A stretch of 64,000 bases of DNA from Candidatus Magasanikbacteria bacterium RIFCSPHIGHO2_01_FULL_33_34 (lineage in GTDB: Bacteria > Patescibacteriota > Patescibacteriia > Magasanikbacterales > UBA922): NCBI GenBank assembly GCA_001782825.1, contig MFPS01000003.1:44353-108352 (forward strand). Direction: 5' to 3'. Position 1 is the first letter of the stretch; each line of letters starts with the position of its first letter. The position numbers and the translations under genes were made by a program. Shown in pieces: positions 9,444 through 18,387 of the stretch. A model generated the notes under the pieces. It had not been told where the DNA came from, searched no databases, and worked only from the letters and a program-made list of their open reading frames with translations.

Positions 9444-10754
9444 ATGTTTAATAATACATTTGTTATAAATGGTGGAAAAAAATTAAAAGGAACTATTGAA
9501 ACTAGTTCTGGAAAAAATGCACCGATTGCTTTATTATGTGCATCTGTTTTGGTTAAAAATAAAGTCATTTTAAAAGATATGTCTCATGTTGAGGAGATTG
9601 ACAGGATGATTGAGGTTTTGGTCAGTATAGGTGTGGACATCAAATGGCTGGATAAGACTTCATTGTATATTGATAGCTCAAAGGATTTAACAATGGATAA
9701 AATCAATAAAGAAGCTTGCGCAAGTACTAGAGTATCTCTTTTGTTATTAGGCGCTTTAGCTTCAAGAGAAAAAGATTATAAATTGTATAAAACTGGCGGT
9801 TGCAAATTGGGGGAGAGAACTATTAGGCCACATCTCTATGCACTTGAAAAATTTGGTGTAAGAGTTGAGTCTAAGTCAAAATATTATGAAGTAAAAAATT
9901 CATCACTTCAAGCACAAGATATAGTAATGTATGAATCAGGGGATACTGCAACTGAGAATGCTATTATGGCTGCTATTTTTGCACCGGGTGTTTCTACTAT
10001 TAAGTTTGCATCAGCCAATTATATGGTTCAGGATTTGTGTTATTTTTTGAATACTGCTGGCGCAAAGATTGAGGGGATTGGCACAACAACATTAGTGATC
10101 ACAGGTGTCAAAAAATTACATAAAGTAGATGAATATTTTGTTATTCCAGATCCGGTTGATGCAATGGCATGGATTTCACTTGCTATTACCACAAAATCTT
10201 TGCTTACCATTAAAAATTGCGCATATGATTTTTTGGCTCTTGAATTGGAAAATTTATCAGTGATGGGTCAAAAATATCTTTTATTAAACAAAAGAAAATC
10301 AAAAAGTGGAAATTTTCTTATTTATGATATTAAAATAACCCCATCTGATTTAAAAGCTCTTCCAGATAAATTACATGGACGACCATATCCAGGATTGAAT
10401 ATAGATAATGTACCATTGTTTGTGCCAATACTTACTCAAGCCAAAGGTGAGACTTTGATTCATGATTGGGTTTATGAAAATAGAGCAATTTACTATTTGG
10501 AATTAAAAAAATTAGGTGCAGATATTTTATTACTTGATCCACATAGAGCCTTGATCAAAGGTGTGGTTGAACTCAAAGCAAATGAGGTTGTTTGTCCTCC
10601 AGCTATTAGACCGGGTATGGCTATATTAATCGCTATGTTAGGTGCCAAAGGTAAATCAGTATTGAAAAATGCTTACCCGATTGAAAGAGCTTATGATAAT
10701 TTAGTGGAAAGATTGCGTAGCATAGGGGCTGATATATCCAAAGTTAATAATTAA
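9444..10754 (+). CDS. murA: UDP-N-acetylglucosamine 1-carboxyvinyltransferase (divergent)
   Basis: GKNA, GGCKLGER with catalytic Cys, YENR, IERAY. Confidence 0.85.
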   Translation: MFNNTFVINGGKKLKGTIETSSGKNAPIALLCASVLVKNKVILKDMSHVEEIDRMIEVLVSIGVDIKWLDKTSLYIDSSKDLTMDKINKEACASTRVSLLLLGALASREKDYKLYKTGGCKLGERTIRPHLYALEKFGVRVESKSKYYEVKNSSLQAQDIVMYESGDTATENAIMAAIFAPGVSTIKFASANYMVQDLCYFLNTAGAKIEGIGTTTLVITGVKKLHKVDEYFVIPDPVDAMAWISLAITTKSLLTIKNCAYDFLALELENLSVMGQKYLLLNKRKSKSGNFLIYDIKITPSDLKALPDKLHGRPYPGLNIDNVPLFVPILTQAKGETLIHDWVYENRAIYYLELKKLGADILLLDPHRALIKGVVELKANEVVCPPAIRPGMAILIAMLGAKGKSVLKNAYPIERAYDNLVERLRSIGADISKVNN

Positions 10755-10760
10755 TAATAT

Positions 10761-12062
10761 ATGAATTTAGATATTAATAATACTCCAATACAAAAAAATA
10801 AAAAAAATAGATTAATGTATATTTTTTTAAGTTTATTTTTTTTAATAGTAGCTTTTTTTGGTGGGGTTGTGGTGGGGTCAACTTCAATTGTAAAAAATGA
10901 AATATTTAATGATGGTGGTGAGGTGAATATTAGTAAGATAATAAATTTATACAGTAAAACAAGATCTGAAGAAGTTAGTTTTGATCAATATTGGGAAGTT
11001 TGGAATAAGATTAAAAAGGGTTATGTTGATCAGCCAGTAGATGATGTAGATTTGTTTTATGGTTCAATCGTTGGTATGGTGGCATCGCTTGATGATCCAC
11101 ATTCAGTGTATTTTCCACCAAAGGAAGCCAAGGAATTTTCTAAAGATTTGGCTGGAGAGTTTGAGGGGATTGGTGCTGAGATTGGTATTCGTGATAATCA
11201 ACTTACAATTATTGCTCCTTTGCCAGGTTCACCAGCAGAAAACGCTGGTTTGAAGCCCCGTGACAAAGTATTAGCGATAGATGGCGAAGACACATCTTCT
11301 ATGAAACTTGATTTTGCTGTATCAAAAATCAGAGGTCCAAGGAATTCTGAAGTTACTTTAACCATAACTCATAATGGTTATGAAACTGTAGAAGACGTAG
11401 TTATAAAAAGAGACAAAATAAATGTTCCTACTATTGAATCAAAAATTGTAGAAGATACTAATATTGCTTATTTGAGAATAAGTTATTTTAATCAAGATAC
11501 ATGGTTTGATTTTGACAAAGCTGTGCGTGAATTACTCAAAGAATCTCCAAAAGGTTTTGTATTGGATTTGAGGAGTAATCCGGGTGGATTTTTGGAAACT
11601 TCTATTGATGTAGCAAGTGAATGGATAAAACAAGGTATTATTGTTAGTGAAAAAAATGGTAAAGATATTGTATTGGAACACAAGAGTAGAGGGTCTCATA
11701 GATTGGCTGGATTGCCAACTGTGGTTTTGGTTGATGAAGGCACAGCATCAGGATCTGAAATTGTAGCGGGTGCATTACAGGATTATGGTGTTGCCAAGAT
11801 TGTGGGTATGCAAACATATGGCAAAGGATCTGTACAAGATTTTGAAGTATTATTTGATGGTTCAGGCTTAAAATTGACTATAGCAAAATGGTTTACACCA
11901 AAAGATAGGGCGATTGATGGTCAAGGAATTGAGCCAGATATAATTTTAGAAGAAATGTTTTCCCCTATTTATTCAGAAGTTGAAAATGCTGATGGGGAGT
12001 TTGATATAGTTGATGTTGATGATATAGGACTAAAAAAGGCTCTTGATATTTTAGATATTTAG
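10761..12062 (+). CDS. S41 C-terminal processing peptidase (PDZ)
   Basis: DPHS, GIGAEI, DLRSNPGG, TASGSE, TYGKGSVQ. Confidence 0.93.
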   Translation: MNLDINNTPIQKNKKNRLMYIFLSLFFLIVAFFGGVVVGSTSIVKNEIFNDGGEVNISKIINLYSKTRSEEVSFDQYWEVWNKIKKGYVDQPVDDVDLFYGSIVGMVASLDDPHSVYFPPKEAKEFSKDLAGEFEGIGAEIGIRDNQLTIIAPLPGSPAENAGLKPRDKVLAIDGEDTSSMKLDFAVSKIRGPRNSEVTLTITHNGYETVEDVVIKRDKINVPTIESKIVEDTNIAYLRISYFNQDTWFDFDKAVRELLKESPKGFVLDLRSNPGGFLETSIDVASEWIKQGIIVSEKNGKDIVLEHKSRGSHRLAGLPTVVLVDEGTASGSEIVAGALQDYGVAKIVGMQTYGKGSVQDFEVLFDGSGLKLTIAKWFTPKDRAIDGQGIEPDIILEEMFSPIYSEVENADGEFDIVDVDDIGLKKALDILDI

Positions 12063-12064
12063 TT

Positions 12065-12430
12065 ATGGCAGAGTATTCGGTATCAGGAATTGTCGTAAAA
12101 GGAGATGGGTTAGCTAAAAATTTTGGTTATCCAACTGCGAATTTAGATATAAGTTTGGATAAGTTTGATTTAGCATCTGGTGTATATGCTTGTATTGCAT
12201 ATCTTGAAAACATTCAATATAATGCTGTTGCTATAATTAAAAGGAATGAAAGTAAATTTGAAGTACATTTGATTGGGTACGATGGATTAGATTTTTATAT
12301 GAAACAGGTGTCAATTAATTTACTTAGTAAAGTTAGTGATATTGAAAAGAAAGATGGGCAAGAATTGATTGATAAAATAGAAAGTGATATGAAAAAGGTA
12401 TTTGATTATTTTAGTCGTAAGATACAATAG
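12065..12430 (+). CDS. Monofunctional riboflavin kinase domain protein
   Basis: GIVVKGDG...GYPTANL, GVYA, EVHL; no FAD-synthetase domain. Confidence 0.8.
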   Translation: MAEYSVSGIVVKGDGLAKNFGYPTANLDISLDKFDLASGVYACIAYLENIQYNAVAIIKRNESKFEVHLIGYDGLDFYMKQVSINLLSKVSDIEKKDGQELIDKIESDMKKVFDYFSRKIQ

Positions 12431-12572
12431 CATTATTTATACTTTCAACTACGATCGCATTAATTACAATTATTTGTTTTTACTCATTCTCGCTGTGGCT
12501 CTGAGGTGATGCCTGTTGTGGCATCAAATCCGTAAAAACAAATAATTGTAATTAATGCTTTAAATTTTTACA
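12417..12572. repeat. Structured repeat copy 5 (subfamily A, outermost right arm shortened)
   Basis: Perfect 27-bp IR 12457-12483/12532-12558; core with tgatgcc-tgttgt-ggcatca. Confidence 0.93.
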
Positions 12573-12594
12573 TTTTAATTTATAAGTAGTAGTT

Positions 12595-13170
12595 ATGTTT
12601 ACAGGAATAATAAAATCTATTGGGGAGATAAATAAAATTAATGAAAAAGAACAAGGAATTGAACTTGTAATTGCTTTTGATGTTAATCAAAGTATTTCAA
12701 TAGGATCGAGTGTATGTATTTGTGGAGTTTGTTTGACTGTTACGGATTTGAAAGATAATCTTTTTAGTTTTGATGTAATGCCTGAGACTATAAGAAAAAC
12801 AACTCTTAATTTTAAACAGATTGGGTCTAAAGTAAATATTGAGATGGTTCTTCGAGTTGGTGATGAACTAGGTGGTCATTTTGTATATGGTCATATTGAT
12901 GGTATTGGTAAGGTTGTGTCAATTAAAAATGAGGGTGATAATAAGCTTGTAGAATTTGAGGTTGATAATGATATTATGAAATATATAGTACCACAAGGAT
13001 CTGTCGCTGTTGATGGTGTAAGTTTGACTGTTGCTAGGCTTGGTAGTAATACTTTTACAGTGTCTTTGATTCCCTTTACGCTTGAGAATACAACATTGGG
13101 AGAGTTGAGAGTGGGAGAAAAAGTAAATATTGAATCAGATATGCTTGCTAAATTTGCTAACAAAAGTTAA
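12595..13170 (+). CDS. ribE: Riboflavin synthase (alpha)
   Basis: MFTGII start, GVCLTV, GGHFVYGHIDG, DGVSLTV. Confidence 0.95.
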   Translation: MFTGIIKSIGEINKINEKEQGIELVIAFDVNQSISIGSSVCICGVCLTVTDLKDNLFSFDVMPETIRKTTLNFKQIGSKVNIEMVLRVGDELGGHFVYGHIDGIGKVVSIKNEGDNKLVEFEVDNDIMKYIVPQGSVAVDGVSLTVARLGSNTFTVSLIPFTLENTTLGELRVGEKVNIESDMLAKFANKS

Positions 13171-13212
13171 TTTATAGAATTCACTTCATTAATTATTTAT
13201 AAAATAAAGTTT

Positions 13213-13707
13213 ATGTTAGAAGATATTAAATTGAAAAAAGAGGATGGGAGTAGTTTAAAGATTGGTATTGTTTGTGCTAGATGGCATAGTGATATTTGTA
13301 ATGTATTATTGACGCGTTGTAAACAAGCATTGTTGGATTGTGCTGTTAGTGAGGAAAATATTTTGGTAGCTGATGTGCCTGGATCTTATGAAGTTGTTTA
13401 TGGGGCAAGTCAATTGATAAAAAATGAAGGAGTGGATGCTGTTGTTTGTATTGGAACATTGGTAAAAGGAGAGACAATGCATTTTGAATATATTGCTGAG
13501 GCCGTTACTCATGGTATTATGGATTTAAATTTAAATACAAATGTTCCAGTAATTTTTGGTATACTTACATGTTTGAATTTGGACCAAGCCAAAGAAAGGG
13601 CAGGGGATAAAATGGATCATGGTTATCATTGGGGACTTTCGGCTGTTGAGATGGCAAACTTCAAAATAAATGAACAAGAAAAGATTGAAAAACCAGAAAG
13701 AATATAA
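13213..13707 (+). CDS. ribH: 6,7-dimethyl-8-ribityllumazine synthase
   Basis: ARW, VPGSYE, GETMHFEYI, PVIFGILT. Confidence 0.95.
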   Translation: MLEDIKLKKEDGSSLKIGIVCARWHSDICNVLLTRCKQALLDCAVSEENILVADVPGSYEVVYGASQLIKNEGVDAVVCIGTLVKGETMHFEYIAEAVTHGIMDLNLNTNVPVIFGILTCLNLDQAKERAGDKMDHGYHWGLSAVEMANFKINEQEKIEKPERI

Positions 13708-13765
13708 TTTTTTTAAAATCTGTGCTATAATATAATTATACAAATTTTAATAGTTTAATTATTGT

Positions 13766-14755
13766 ATGGTTAAAAGACCTGTCAAGAAAGAAAAAAATGA
13801 AAATTCTTTTTTAAGAATTTTGGGCGCTGCTTTTTTTGGTTTTTTACTTGGTTCTATTAGTAGAATCATTGTTAGTTTTTCAACACCAAATATTTTGATG
13901 AGAATAAATGATACTAGTTTTGACGAGGCTCGTTTACTTGCTTCATCATCTTTTTTGTCAAATATGGTTGTTGGGGCATTTATAATATTTTTTACTTCGG
14001 CTGTAGCAGGATTTTTGGCTAAAAGAAGAGGTGTTTTGGTTGGTTTGTTATCAAATTTATTACCAATAGGATTTTGGTTATTAGCTTTTTTGTATGCATT
14101 GATGGCAGGGGCTCATCCTATTAGGCTTATATTTTCAATTCCATTTTTACAATTTGTAATTGTGGTAGTAACCTGTATTTTTGGTGGTTTGTATGGTGAA
14201 GCATATTACAAAAAAGAAAGAGATTTGGATTTGGATAAACATGGTTCTACTATTTTTGGGGTATATTGGGCTCATTATTTGTGGATTACGCCATTTGTAT
14301 TTTTTCCATTTGTATCAGCTGTATTAGCTATTATTTATTCATGGTTATATACTTTTTCAACTGATTTATATTTTATTTCAAATTTTAAATTGTGGATAAG
14401 TTTAGCTTGGTGGTTTTACTTTTTTATAAATCCTTTGATTATACTTGGTTCTGGTATTATAGTTGTAATTGCATTTCAAAAATTTTGGCAAGTTATGCAA
14501 TTTAGACAAACTTATTATGATACATGGGAGAAAGGTGGAAAAATTTTGTTGTATGGTATTGCAACGCCTGTAATTGTGAAATTGATTGTGACTTTCACTA
14601 TTAACTCAACCAAGAATATGTCCCATTCAGTCATTGGTGATTGGAAGCTTATCATGTTTATATTGGTAATCCCTGTTATTGGCATCCTTTTAAAAGGACT
14701 TTGGTGGTTGAAAGATAGTCTTACTGTCGGTGTGGTTGAGAAAAAAATTAAATAA
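13766..14755 (+). CDS. Hypothetical multi-pass membrane protein
   Basis: 329 aa with about 8 hydrophobic segments; no recognised motif. Confidence 0.75.
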   Translation: MVKRPVKKEKNENSFLRILGAAFFGFLLGSISRIIVSFSTPNILMRINDTSFDEARLLASSSFLSNMVVGAFIIFFTSAVAGFLAKRRGVLVGLLSNLLPIGFWLLAFLYALMAGAHPIRLIFSIPFLQFVIVVVTCIFGGLYGEAYYKKERDLDLDKHGSTIFGVYWAHYLWITPFVFFPFVSAVLAIIYSWLYTFSTDLYFISNFKLWISLAWWFYFFINPLIILGSGIIVVIAFQKFWQVMQFRQTYYDTWEKGGKILLYGIATPVIVKLIVTFTINSTKNMSHSVIGDWKLIMFILVIPVIGILLKGLWWLKDSLTVGVVEKKIK

Positions 14756-14849
14756 TTATTTAAAATATTTGATTATACATGTTATTTACAAATAGCATTT
14801 TTTGTGTTATATTTTGGATGAATTTCAAACCAAAAGGGAAATCAACATC

Positions 14850-15176
14850 ATGAGGAAGCCATAGCTGATTCTTGCTCTGTCAACATTAGTTTTTTGTGGA
14901 TGTGATGCATCATTTATACAATACGTACTGGTGATAGCTTTCATTATTGGGATGTTTGTATTTTGTTTAGAATTTGAAAAAACTGGTGTTGTAATATTTT
15001 GTGTTGTTGCCTACCTTATGATAAAGGATGGTACATGTAAAAGTCTATTTCGTGATCCTGACAAGGCTCACCAAGAATATCAAGATAGACGTTATGAGGA
15101 GTTGAAGTCAGATCCTCATTATGAGTATTTGCGAGAACATTTTCGCAGAAAAGGTTACGATGTTGACAAACCCTAA
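14850..15176 (+). pseudogene. Small membrane/lipoprotein-like ORF interrupted by in-frame TAG at codon 5
   Basis: AAAGGGA then ATG 14850: MRKP*LILALSTLVFCGCDASF..., in frame with track ORF 14931-15176. Confidence 0.55.
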
Positions 15177-15196
15177 TTGTTTGGAGGCAAAACAAA

Positions 15197-15228
15197 AACC
15201 CAGATTACATTCGTGTGATCTGGGTTTG
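15197..15228. terminator. Likely bidirectional intrinsic terminator
   Basis: aaacccagattaca-ttcg-tgtgatctgggttt between convergent genes. Confidence 0.75.
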
Positions 15229-15243
15229 TCTAATTTGGATAAA

Positions 15244-15996
15244 TTATTTTAATATTTTTTGGATTGCTTCTTTGACTTTTTCAGAAAAACTTCCATTTAA
15301 AATCCACAATAGATAGCTTTTTTCTTTTTGAGCCAGTTCTTTTAGACTTCTACCTCTATTTTTTCCGAAATTTATTGTAAGTTCACCATCTATATATCTT
15401 AATTTTCCTTCCATATCATATTTGTCTGGGTCTTCTGGAAAACAAAAAGTATGTATTTCATCTACTGATGTTGGAAGATCATTATACATTTTCATTTGTC
15501 CTTCAAGCACGTCAATTGATGCTTTGATATCAGCAATAGCATTGTGGGCATTTTCAAATTCTCCGCCAACATATTTTTTGTATGCTGCTGCTAGAGTGCG
15601 TGGTTCTTTGAGTTTGAAAATAAGCATAGCATCTACTATTTTTCTATCCTCTACATCAAAAGGTAGTTCTATTCTACTAAATTCATTTTGGAGCATTGGT
15701 ATGTCAAAATAGCGAATATTATAACCACCTAAATCTGAATCAAGAAATAGTTGAGTTAGGTCTTGGGCAATATCTCCAAAAGTAGGTTTGTCTTTAACCA
15801 TTTCATTGGTTATGCCATGAATTTCCATTGCTTCGTCTGTAATCGGTATTTTGGGGTTTATTAGCCATTCATGTTCTGTTTTGCTACCATCTGGAAAATA
15901 TTTGATAGCGCCAATCTGAATAATCCTATCTTCAAATACATTGAGACCAGTGGCCTCTAGGTCAAAAAATACAATTGGTTTTATTATTTTTAGCAT
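15244..15996 (-). CDS. DEDDh 3'-5' exonuclease (DnaQ-like)
   Basis: DLEATG, YNIRYFD, HNAIAD; C-terminal FGKNRG...YLLWI module. Confidence 0.9.
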   Translation of the reverse strand: MLKIIKPIVFFDLEATGLNVFEDRIIQIGAIKYFPDGSKTEHEWLINPKIPITDEAMEIHGITNEMVKDKPTFGDIAQDLTQLFLDSDLGGYNIRYFDIPMLQNEFSRIELPFDVEDRKIVDAMLIFKLKEPRTLAAAYKKYVGGEFENAHNAIADIKASIDVLEGQMKMYNDLPTSVDEIHTFCFPEDPDKYDMEGKLRYIDGELTINFGKNRGRSLKELAQKEKSYLLWILNGSFSEKVKEAIQKILK

Positions 15997-16020
15997 AATT
16001 ATTATTTTAGAAGTAGTGTA

Positions 16021-16124
16021 AATTAATAATTAGAGATTATTATTTGCTCATTCTCGCTTTAGCTCCGAGGAGGTTGCCGGTTGGGGCAACCTGATCCGCT
16101 CATAATAATCTCTAATTATTAATT
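16021..16124. repeat. Structured repeat copy 6 (subfamily B)
   Basis: Perfect 23-bp IR 16021-16043/16102-16124; core with aggttgcc-ggttgg-ggcaacct. Confidence 0.92.
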
Positions 16125-16139
16125 CTATTTTAGATTATA

Positions 16140-16329
16140 AATTAATTTGTAAAATACAATAGCATTGTTTATACTTTTAACCATGACCGCATCAATTTCA
16201 ATTATTTGTTTTTACTCATTCTCGCCTCGGCTCCGAGGGTGATACCTGTTGGGGTATCAAATCCGTAAAAACAAATAATTGAAATTAATGCTTGCTTATA
16301 AACAATGTTTTTAATTATTACAATTAATT
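16140..16329. repeat. Structured repeat copy 7 (subfamily A, most complete)
   Basis: Nested stems aattaatttgtaa/ttacaattaatt, cattgtttata/tataaacaatg, gcatcaatttcaattatttgtttttac/gtaaaaacaaataattgaaattaatgc; core with tgatacc-tgttgg-ggtatca. Confidence 0.93.
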
Positions 16330-16345
16330 TATACTACTCATCATT

Positions 16346-17194
16346 TTATATTCGTTCTATCCAATGTTTATCAACAAATACTTCTAATTCTAAGAATATT
16401 TTTCTATTGGTTGCTTGTTCTAGTTCTTTGCGGGCCATTTGGCCTATTTCTTTTATTTTGTGTCCTTTTTGTCCAATAATTATTTTTTTATATCTTTCTT
16501 CATTGGTCAAAATTCTGGCAGTGATTACGGTTATATCTTTTTTTTCTTCAACATTATCTACTTCAACATTTATTGAATAAGGGACTTCTTTGTCAAAGAT
16601 TGAAAAAACTTTTTCACGGATAATTTCAGCAATCCAAAAGTGATGGTCAAGATTTGTGAGTTGTTCGTTTGGATACATTTCTTCTCCTTCTGGCATATAT
16701 TCCATTACTTTATTTCGCAATGGTTGGATATGACTTGCTCGAAGAGCTGAGAGTTGAAACATTTGATCAAAATTTTCTTCCCAACTTTCGTATTCGTCTT
16801 GATGTTTTCTTTTTTCTGGTGGTAAGTCGCTTTTGTTTATGACTAAAAGTTTTGGGATATCAAGATGTCTTATCATACCATATGAAGCTTTTTCTTCGTC
16901 ACCTATTTCACGAGTTGGGTCAACTACATAAATAATGAGGTTGACGCCTTCTAGAGATTCTTTAACTTTGTTAGTTAATTTGGCTGTTAAGGGATTTTTT
17001 CTGTCTTTGAATACGCCTGGAGTATCTATAAAGACTGCTTGACCAGTGGGTGTATTCATTACACCGTGGATAAGGTGTCTAGTCATTTGCGCCCGAAAAC
17101 TAGTGGCAGCGATTTTGGTGCCGACCAAAGTATTCATCAAAGTAGATTTTCCAACATTGCTTCGCCCTATAATGACTACAAAGCCTGATTTCAT
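16346..17194 (-). CDS. era: GTPase Era
   Basis: GRSNVGKS, DTPG, NKSD, EIIREK..EVPY, KH domain IIIGQKG. Confidence 0.96.
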   Translation of the reverse strand: MKSGFVVIIGRSNVGKSTLMNTLVGTKIAATSFRAQMTRHLIHGVMNTPTGQAVFIDTPGVFKDRKNPLTAKLTNKVKESLEGVNLIIYVVDPTREIGDEEKASYGMIRHLDIPKLLVINKSDLPPEKRKHQDEYESWEENFDQMFQLSALRASHIQPLRNKVMEYMPEGEEMYPNEQLTNLDHHFWIAEIIREKVFSIFDKEVPYSINVEVDNVEEKKDITVITARILTNEERYKKIIIGQKGHKIKEIGQMARKELEQATNRKIFLELEVFVDKHWIERI

Positions 17195-17261
17195 AGTATT
17201 TGTTATTATATTAAATAATTCTAGCAGAGATTAATAATAAAATCAATTATATAAAATGAAG

Positions 17262-17285
17262 GGCACTGGTTGTGAGGCCAGTGCC
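17262..17285. terminator. GC-rich hairpin downstream of orphan 17325-17780
   Basis: ggcactggt-tgtgag-gccagtgcc. Confidence 0.55.
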
Positions 17286-17324
17286 GTGTCATAATTATGA
17301 GCATCAGTTTTATATAAATTTTGG

Positions 17325-17780
17325 TTAGCCTTTTTTATCCTTTGGTGGATCTACAGGTAACTCTGCAATTTTTCTAGCTTCGTCTGCAGTTCTTTGAGCA
17401 GAATCAGCTAATTGTTCTGCTTCTTTTACATTTCCTGTTGTTTCATCAGCTAGATTATTCATATCGTTGCTGAATTCACGATCTTCTTCTTTTTTTGTAG
17501 CATCAGCTACATTGGCTGCTTCTTTGGCAGCAGCATCGGATTCTTTTGGCAAATCTTTGACATTTTCGGCAATTTTTTTGGCAAGTTTTGCTTCTTTTAT
17601 TGCCTCTTTAGCAGCTTTTTCTACAGCTTTTTTATCATTTGGATTAGCATTTTTTTTGTCAGCGGCTTCTCTTGTTTGTTGTTCAGTTCTGATTTTAGCC
17701 CTTTTGGCATCTCTTTTGGCTTGTTCTGCTTGTTTAGCTCGTTTTTCTTGGTTTTCTGCTAATTTGTCTTTGTAGCTCAT
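17325..17780 (-). CDS. Orphan Ala/Lys/Glu-rich coiled-coil protein
   Basis: 151 aa, SD GGAGGA, upstream TTGATA-17-TAACCT on minus strand. Confidence 0.8.
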   Translation of the reverse strand: MSYKDKLAENQEKRAKQAEQAKRDAKRAKIRTEQQTREAADKKNANPNDKKAVEKAAKEAIKEAKLAKKIAENVKDLPKESDAAAKEAANVADATKKEEDREFSNDMNNLADETTGNVKEAEQLADSAQRTADEARKIAELPVDPPKDKKG

Positions 17781-17869
17781 AATTATCCTCCTATAGTTAG
17801 GTTAACATAATTAATGTTATTTATCAATTTGGGGTTGCATAGTTTTATGCCTTTGGTATAATAGAATTT

Positions 17870-18316
17870 ATGAAAGTAATATTGCTAAAAAAAGTGCCAG
17901 GCACTGGTAAAGTAGGGGATATCAAAGACGTAGCAGATGGTTTTGCTCGTAATTTTTTGTTGAAAAAAGGTTTGGCAAAGTTAGCAACTGATGAGAGTCT
18001 GGAAAGTCTTAAAAATACTGAAATAAAAATAAAAAAAGAATCAGAAAAAGAATTAAAGGATAATCAAAAAAAAGCATCTATATTAGATGGTGAACATATT
18101 GATATGACAGCGAAAGTAAATGATAAAGGTGTATTGTATGCAGCCATAAGCGCAAATGAAATTTGCAAAATATTAAAAAAAGAATTCAAAGTAGACATAG
18201 TGCCTGATCAGATAATGATATCAAAACCAATCAAAGAATTGGGTGAACATACGGTTATAATAGAATTTGGCCATGGTTTAGAAGCTGAACTGAATATTAC
18301 TGTCTCTGAAGATTAG
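17870..18316 (+). CDS. rplI: 50S ribosomal protein L9
   Basis: [35 protein letters not shown]. Confidence 0.96.
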   Translation: MKVILLKKVPGTGKVGDIKDVADGFARNFLLKKGLAKLATDESLESLKNTEIKIKKESEKELKDNQKKASILDGEHIDMTAKVNDKGVLYAAISANEICKILKKEFKVDIVPDQIMISKPIKELGEHTVIIEFGHGLEAELNITVSED

Positions 18317-18387
18317 TCTCCCTATAAGGGAGTCTTTTCTTTTTTGATTTATATTGGTATAATGCTTTTGTTTTTAAAATATAAGTT

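Noticed and set aside
12431-12594. FMN riboswitch upstream of riboflavin synthase
   Set aside because: No RFN consensus (AGGGCGGGGTGAAATTCCC...); the region is repeat copy 5.
211-16329. Repeat family as a CRISPR array
   Set aside because: Copies are over 100 nt, separated by whole genes rather than 30-40-nt spacers, and no cas genes are present.
211-16329. Repeat family as canonical integron attC sites
   Set aside because: No RYYYAAC...GTTRRRY ends, a branched rather than simple hairpin, no integrase in the window, and several flanked genes are housekeeping. Only the architectural analogy is retained.
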